Assembly: GCA_965371515.1 (NCBI GenBank)
Contig: CBDUYR010000001.1
Location: 64,001-128,000, forward strand
Origin: an uncultured bacterium
GTDB taxonomy: Bacteria > Krumholzibacteriota > Krumholzibacteriia > Krumholzibacteriales > Krumholzibacteriaceae
Reading direction: 5' to 3'
Length of the DNA stretch: 64,000 bases
Made by a program: the position numbers and the translations under genes
Notes under the pieces: generated by a model
Databases searched by the model: none
Told to the model about the DNA's origin: nothing
What the model saw: the letters and a program-made list of their open reading frames with translations, nothing else
Part shown: in pieces, positions 58,553-64,000 of the stretch
Layout: every line of letters begins with the position of its first letter
How positions within the stretch are numbered: the first letter of the stretch is position 1

Positions 58553-59254
58553 GTGGTGGTGAGGGGATTCTGCCGTTTTCTGCTTGATTGTATGTTTCCA
58601 CGCACATGCGTTTCCTGTGGCTGTTTCACCGGCGGCAACCTCGTCTGCGGCCTCTGCCGCGGGCAGATGGTCCGGGCGGATGAGGCATCCCGCCTGCCGG
58701 GGCGATGTTCCCCGGATGTGATTTCGCCTTTTCTCGCAGGCGACGTCCTTCTTGACCTTGTCAGGTTCCTGAAGTTCGAGGGCGGGACGGCGGCCGTGGG
58801 CTGGCTGGGCAGGGAGATGGCTGCTGCTCTCGAAGCTCGTCCCGCAGGGACAGGCGATGCCGTGATCGTCCCGGTGCCTCTGCACTGGACCAGGTTGATG
58901 CGCAGGGGCTACGACCAGGCCGGGCTGCTCGCCGCCGAAGTCTCACGGCGGACGGGGATCCCGCTTCGTCCCAGGGTGCTCGCAAGGATGAGAAGGACGA
59001 TGGCGCAGTCGAGTCTCGATCGGGGGAACAGGCGGAACAACGTCGCCGGCGCTTTCCGCCTCAGGTCTGCCGGTCAGATCCGGGGCAGGGACGTGGTGCT
59101 GGTAGACGATCTCGTGACCACGGGCGAGACTGTTCGGGCCTGCTGTCTTGCGCTTTCCGGGGCACGGCCTTCCTCCGTGACCGTTCTCTGCGCCGGTCGG
59201 GCGCGGACGGGGAAAAATAAGGTTGAACGTTCCGGTTGCCATATGTTTGAATAG
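58553..59254 (+). CDS. comF: ComF-family double zinc ribbon / phosphoribosyltransferase
   Basis: CVSC...CGLC, LKF, VPVPLH..R...RGYDQ, LVDDLVTTGET. Confidence 0.88.
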   Translation: MVVRGFCRFLLDCMFPRTCVSCGCFTGGNLVCGLCRGQMVRADEASRLPGRCSPDVISPFLAGDVLLDLVRFLKFEGGTAAVGWLGREMAAALEARPAGTGDAVIVPVPLHWTRLMRRGYDQAGLLAAEVSRRTGIPLRPRVLARMRRTMAQSSLDRGNRRNNVAGAFRLRSAGQIRGRDVVLVDDLVTTGETVRACCLALSGARPSSVTVLCAGRARTGKNKVERSGCHMFE

Positions 59255-59292
59255 CCTGGAGAGACCGATCACTATGCATATGGGAGGGCGGA

Positions 59293-60222
59293 TTGCTAGT
59301 AACAAACAAGGTGCTGCTCGACAAAGCGAAGGCGGGTTCCTATGCCGTCGGAGCTTTCAATATCAATAACCTCGAATTCGTTCAGGCGATCACATCTGCG
59401 GCAGCCGAGCTGGGCAGCCCGGCAATACTTGCCGTCTCGCAGGGAGCCATCAAGTACGCCGGTTTCGAGAATATCGTTTCGATGGTCAGGACCGTCTCCG
59501 ACAACCTGAACATCGAGATCTCCCTTCACCTCGATCACGGACAGGATATGGAGATCATCGAGCGTTGTATAAACGGGGGATTCACGTCGGTCATGATCGA
59601 TGGTTCAAACCTGCCGTTCGAGGAGAACATCGCTGTGACCCGCGAGGTCGTCGAGAAGGCTAAGCCGGCCGGCGTATCGGTCGAGGGAGAGCTTGGAAGG
59701 CTGGCCGGCATCGAGGACAATGTCTCGGTCGCCGAGCAGGACGCGATCTTCACCGATCCCGGTGAGGCGGCCGAGTTCGTCGAGAAGACGGGGGTCGATT
59801 CCCTCGCCGTGGCCGTGGGTACATCGCATGGGGCCTACAAGTTCAAGGGAGATGCGAAGCTCGCGATGGACAGGCTCAGCGAGATCGCTTCCATCGTTCC
59901 TGTGCCGCTTGTCCTGCACGGAGCCTCCGGCGTCAACCAGGAGCACGTGGCGATCGCCAACGAGTTCGGGGCGAAGATAGGCGCGGCGAAGGGCGTTCCC
60001 GACGAGGCGATATCCGAGGCGGTCAGGCGCGGCGCGGCAAAGGTAAATATAGACACCGACATGAGGATCGCCTTCACGGCATACACGCGCAAGTCGTTCG
60101 CCGAAAAGCCGGAGAACATAGATCCGCGCAAGTATCTCGGAGCGGCGAGAGACGCAGCCTTCGAGGTCGTAAAAGCGAAGATGAAACTTTTCGGAAGCGT
60201 CGGCAAGGCATTTGGCGAATGA
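59293..60222 (+). CDS. fba: Class II fructose-1,6-bisphosphate aldolase
   Basis: YAVGAFNINN, LHLDHG, SVMIDGS, VEGELG, GTSHGAYK, LVLHGASG, KVNIDTD, DPRKYL. Confidence 0.96.
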   Translation: MLVTNKVLLDKAKAGSYAVGAFNINNLEFVQAITSAAAELGSPAILAVSQGAIKYAGFENIVSMVRTVSDNLNIEISLHLDHGQDMEIIERCINGGFTSVMIDGSNLPFEENIAVTREVVEKAKPAGVSVEGELGRLAGIEDNVSVAEQDAIFTDPGEAAEFVEKTGVDSLAVAVGTSHGAYKFKGDAKLAMDRLSEIASIVPVPLVLHGASGVNQEHVAIANEFGAKIGAAKGVPDEAISEAVRRGAAKVNIDTDMRIAFTAYTRKSFAEKPENIDPRKYLGAARDAAFEVVKAKMKLFGSVGKAFGE

Positions 60223-60232
60223 CGCGCCGTAA

Positions 60233-61273
<1,041 letters not shown>

Positions 61274-61299
61274 AGCGCAGGGAAGACTGGAGGAGACTG

Positions 61300-62499
61300 T
61301 TGAGAAAGAAGATTCTGAGGGACGTGGAGCTCGATGGGAAAAGGGTGCTGATGCGAGTCGATTTCAACGTGCCGCTGACGAAGGACGGCGATGTCGACGA
61401 CGACACCCGCATCAGGGCCGCCCTGCCGAGCATAAACTACATAGCGGAGCATGGAGCTTCTCTCGTCCTGATGTCTCATCTCGGAAGGCCCGAAGGCAAG
61501 CGCGTTCCCTCGATGAGCCTGAAGGTCGTGGCTTACCGGCTCGCCGAGCTTATCCATCATCCGATCAGGTTTGCCGAGGACTGCCTCGGCGACAAGGCTC
61601 TCGAGATGGCCTCCGCGCTGGCTCCCGGGGAGATACTGCTCCTCGAGAACCTCCGTTTCTACGAGGAGGAGACGTCAAACGATCCGGAGTTCGCGCGGAA
61701 ACTCTCCGGGTACGGCGACATCTATGTGAACGACGCGTTCGGTACCGCTCACAGGGCTCACGCCTCCACCGAGGGCGTCACGCACTACTTCGACGAATGT
61801 GTGGCGGGGATGCTGATGGAAAAGGAGCTGATGACCCTCGATGGCCTGCTGACCGATCCGGACAGGCCGTTCGTGGCTGTTCTCGGTGGCGCCAAGGTCT
61901 CGGGGAAGATCGGACTTATCAGGAACCTGCTCGAGAAGGTCGACCGGATCCTCGTAGGCGGCGGGATGGCCTTTACATTCTTCAAGGCGCTCGGCCTCGA
62001 AATCGGCGATTCCCTTCTCGACGAGTCGTATATGGACATGTGCCGCGAGACGATGATGAAGGCGGGAAGCGGCGGCGAGAAGAGGATATTCCTTCCGGTC
62101 GACTGTATCGTGGCGAGGGAGATCGACAACGACGCGGAGCACAAGACCGTGTCGACCGGCGACATCCCCGAGGGGTGGACCGGCGTCGATATAGGCAGAA
62201 AGACTGTCGATGTCTTCCGTGACGAGCTGATGAAAGCGAAGACGATCTTCTGGAACGGCCCGATGGGTGTATTCGAGATGTCGAACTACGCCGAGGGTAC
62301 GAAAGAAATAGCCCGCGCCATAGTCGATGCGACGGCGGCAGGCGCGAAATCGGTGGTGGGTGGGGGCGACAGCGTCTCCGCGCTCGCGAGGCTGCACTTC
62401 AAGGACAGGGTCACGCACGTATCGACCGGAGGAGGAGCCTCTCTCGAGCTCCTGGAGGGAAAGGTCCTGCCGGGTGTCGAGGCCCTGAGCGACGCCTGA
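61300..62499 (+). CDS. pgk: Phosphoglycerate kinase
   Basis: RVDFNVP, SHLGRP, LLENLRF, NDAFGTAHRAHAS, WNGPMGVFE, HVSTGGGASLE. Confidence 0.98.
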   Translation: MRKKILRDVELDGKRVLMRVDFNVPLTKDGDVDDDTRIRAALPSINYIAEHGASLVLMSHLGRPEGKRVPSMSLKVVAYRLAELIHHPIRFAEDCLGDKALEMASALAPGEILLLENLRFYEEETSNDPEFARKLSGYGDIYVNDAFGTAHRAHASTEGVTHYFDECVAGMLMEKELMTLDGLLTDPDRPFVAVLGGAKVSGKIGLIRNLLEKVDRILVGGGMAFTFFKALGLEIGDSLLDESYMDMCRETMMKAGSGGEKRIFLPVDCIVAREIDNDAEHKTVSTGDIPEGWTGVDIGRKTVDVFRDELMKAKTIFWNGPMGVFEMSNYAEGTKEIARAIVDATAAGAKSVVGGGDSVSALARLHFKDRVTHVSTGGGASLELLEGKVLPGVEALSDA

Positions 62500-62532
62500 G
62501 CGTCGAATATCCGTAAAAAGGAGAGGATCGGA

Positions 62533-63288
62533 GTGAGAAGGACGATAACAGCCGGCAACTGGAAGATGAACATGGACCACATCGAGGGCGCCTCCCTGGC
62601 GAAGGATATCCTCGCGGGCCTCGAGGGCAGGGATCCGGCATGCGAGGTCATCCTGATACCTCCTTTCACCACCCTTCCTGCGGTTGTGGAAGCCCTTGAG
62701 GGCAGCCGCGTACTGACAGGCGCGCAGAACCTCTGGTACGAGGAAAAAGGCGCCTTCACCGGCGAAATATCGGCCGGGATGATACTCAACCTCGGATGCA
62801 GGTATGTCCTGGTGGGGCACTCGGAGAGACGCCACGTGATCGGAGAAATGGGGGATATCCTCTCGAAAAAACTGCGGGCGGCCCTGTCCGGCGGCCTTTC
62901 ACCGATCTACTGCGTCGGGGAGACCCTCGAAGAGAGGGAGAACGGCATGGCTTCCACGATCGTCACGGAGCATATCGAGAGGGTCCTCGAGGGTCTTTCC
63001 GTTGAGGAAATGGGCCGTACCGTGATCGCCTACGAGCCCGTCTGGGCTATAGGCACGGGAAAGACAGCTACTCCGGACGATGCGGGAGCGATGCACGCCG
63101 TCATCCGCGGCGTCCTTGCGAAGATATTCGGAGCGCCGGTCGCTGGAGAGACGCCTATCCTCTACGGCGGGAGCGTGAAGCCCGGAAACGCCGCCGAACT
63201 TCTCGCAATGGAGGATATCGACGGGGCCCTCGTCGGCGGTGCTTCTCTCGACGCGGAATCGTTCCTCGGCATCGTATTTCCCGCCTGA
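62533..63288 (+). CDS. tpiA: Triosephosphate isomerase
   Basis: AGNWKMN, GAFTGEIS, GHSERR, AYEPVWAIGTG, YGGSV, LVGGASL. Confidence 0.98.
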   Translation: MRRTITAGNWKMNMDHIEGASLAKDILAGLEGRDPACEVILIPPFTTLPAVVEALEGSRVLTGAQNLWYEEKGAFTGEISAGMILNLGCRYVLVGHSERRHVIGEMGDILSKKLRAALSGGLSPIYCVGETLEERENGMASTIVTEHIERVLEGLSVEEMGRTVIAYEPVWAIGTGKTATPDDAGAMHAVIRGVLAKIFGAPVAGETPILYGGSVKPGNAAELLAMEDIDGALVGGASLDAESFLGIVFPA

Positions 63289-63326
63289 ACAGGCCCTTTC
63301 AGCTACCAAAGGGCAGCACAAATCAT

Positions 63327-63355
63327 TTGACTGCCCCCCCCTTATCTATTACACT
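63327..63355 (+). promoter_or_regulatory. Sigma70-like promoter of secG
   Basis: TTGACT, 17 bp (containing C8), TACACT. Confidence 0.5.
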
Positions 63356-63381
63356 ACTCTTTTAAAAAGGGCTGGTATTGA

Positions 63382-63795
63382 ATGTTGTTTAACGTGTTTG
63401 TGCTAATACACATCGTTACCTGTGTACTACTCATCGTTGCTGTGCTGATGCAGTCGAGCAAAGGCGGCGGCCTGTCCGGTGCCTTTGGCGGCGGGGGAGG
63501 CCAGGCCATCCTCGGTGGGCGGGAGACCGCCACCTTCCTCAGCAGGGCCACGACGTATCTGGCCGTTATATTCATGTGCACCTCGTTGTCGCTGGCGTTC
63601 CTGTCCGCCGGAAGGGGAGGAAAGGTGGCCGAGAGCGCACTGAGAAAGGCCGCGCAGCGCCAGGAGTGGGGCGGCATGGTTCCAGAGGAACGCAAGGACA
63701 TCGATGATGTCATCGGAAACGTTCCCTCAGCGGACCAGCAGCAGGAGACGACACCGGAGGGAGAGCCTGTCGAACAGCAGGATCCCCCGCAATAG
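63382..63795 (+). CDS. secG: Preprotein translocase subunit SecG
   Basis: LLIVAVLMQSSKGGGLSGAFGGG, FLSRAT; tpiA-secG-tRNA-Leu synteny. Confidence 0.95.
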   Translation: MLFNVFVLIHIVTCVLLIVAVLMQSSKGGGLSGAFGGGGGQAILGGRETATFLSRATTYLAVIFMCTSLSLAFLSAGRGGKVAESALRKAAQRQEWGGMVPEERKDIDDVIGNVPSADQQQETTPEGEPVEQQDPPQ

Positions 63796-63812
63796 AGAAA
63801 TTCGTAAATATC

Positions 63813-63896
63813 GCCGAGGTGGTGGAACTGGTAGACACGCTACTTTGAGGGGGTAGTGGGTGAAAACCTGTGCGGGTTCGAGTCCCGCCCTCGGCA
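63813..63896 (+). tRNA. tRNA-Leu (anticodon GAG), CCA not encoded
   Basis: Acceptor GCCGAGG/CCTCGGC-A, D arm GTGGAACTGGTAGACAC, anticodon arm CTACT-TTGAGGG-GGTAG, long variable arm, T arm GCGGG-TTCGAGT-CCCGC. Confidence 0.97.
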
Positions 63897-63907
63897 TTTG
63901 AATAGAC

Positions 63908-63934
63908 GGAGGCCATATGCGCCTCCTTTTTTTT
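63908..63934 (+). terminator. Rho-independent terminator after tRNA-Leu
   Basis: GGAGGC-catatgc-GCCTCC followed by T8. Confidence 0.85.
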
Positions 63935-64000
63935 GGAAAGACGCGGGAACAGGATGAAAAATCCTTTACACATTCCCGTGCTCTGTTTTACGCTTCAGCA

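Noticed and set aside
55934..58885. 983-aa minus-strand ORF, and other long antisense ORFs (1998..4217, 6605..8443, 20176..21750, 17684..19084)
   Set aside because: These are shadow frames opposite well-conserved + strand genes in GC-rich DNA. They have no recognisable motifs and Arg/Pro-rich composition.
63897..64000. Integrative element at tRNA-Leu
   Set aside because: No integrase or duplicated tRNA 3' end lies within the window. Sequence beyond the edge cannot be assessed.

Overview
GC-rich (roughly 60%, estimated by eye) bacterial chromosomal segment from a diderm organism. It most resembles an FCB-related candidate lineage such as Latescibacterota, Krumholzibacteriota or Eisenbacteria; this is inferred from gene content only. 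About 55 genes lie on the + strand and only one small TrpR/YerC-like regulator lies on the - strand. In order: a truncated TPR protein, uvrA, glycine cleavage genes (gcvT-H-PA-PB) with a lipoyl/octanoyl transferase, a peptide ABC transporter without its binding protein, the TrpR-like regulator divergent from tag across a perfect 41-bp nested palindrome, a lipoprotein with an internal T9SS-CTD/FlgD-like domain, and a complete A/V-type ATPase operon with a Na+-type K ring. Next is an ~18-kb envelope locus: TonB-dependent receptor, secreted Ca-binding protein with a T9SS-like C-terminal domain, PorV-like barrel, GWxTD protein, ExbB/ExbD/ExbD/TonB, TolC/MacAB-like exporter and a second GWxTD protein. 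After it come a peptide ABC transporter lacking ATPases next to a YkfC-like NlpC/P60 peptidase, a probable abundant outer-membrane barrel with a long structured leader, rhomboid-TPR, radC-mreBCD-mrdA-rodA-pmbA-lgt-comF, fba-gap-pgk-tpiA, secG and tRNA-Leu(GAG). No mobile elements or CRISPR arrays were seen. The best candidate for an undescribed system is the TBDR/CTD-cargo/PorV-like/GWxTD/Ton-motor locus.
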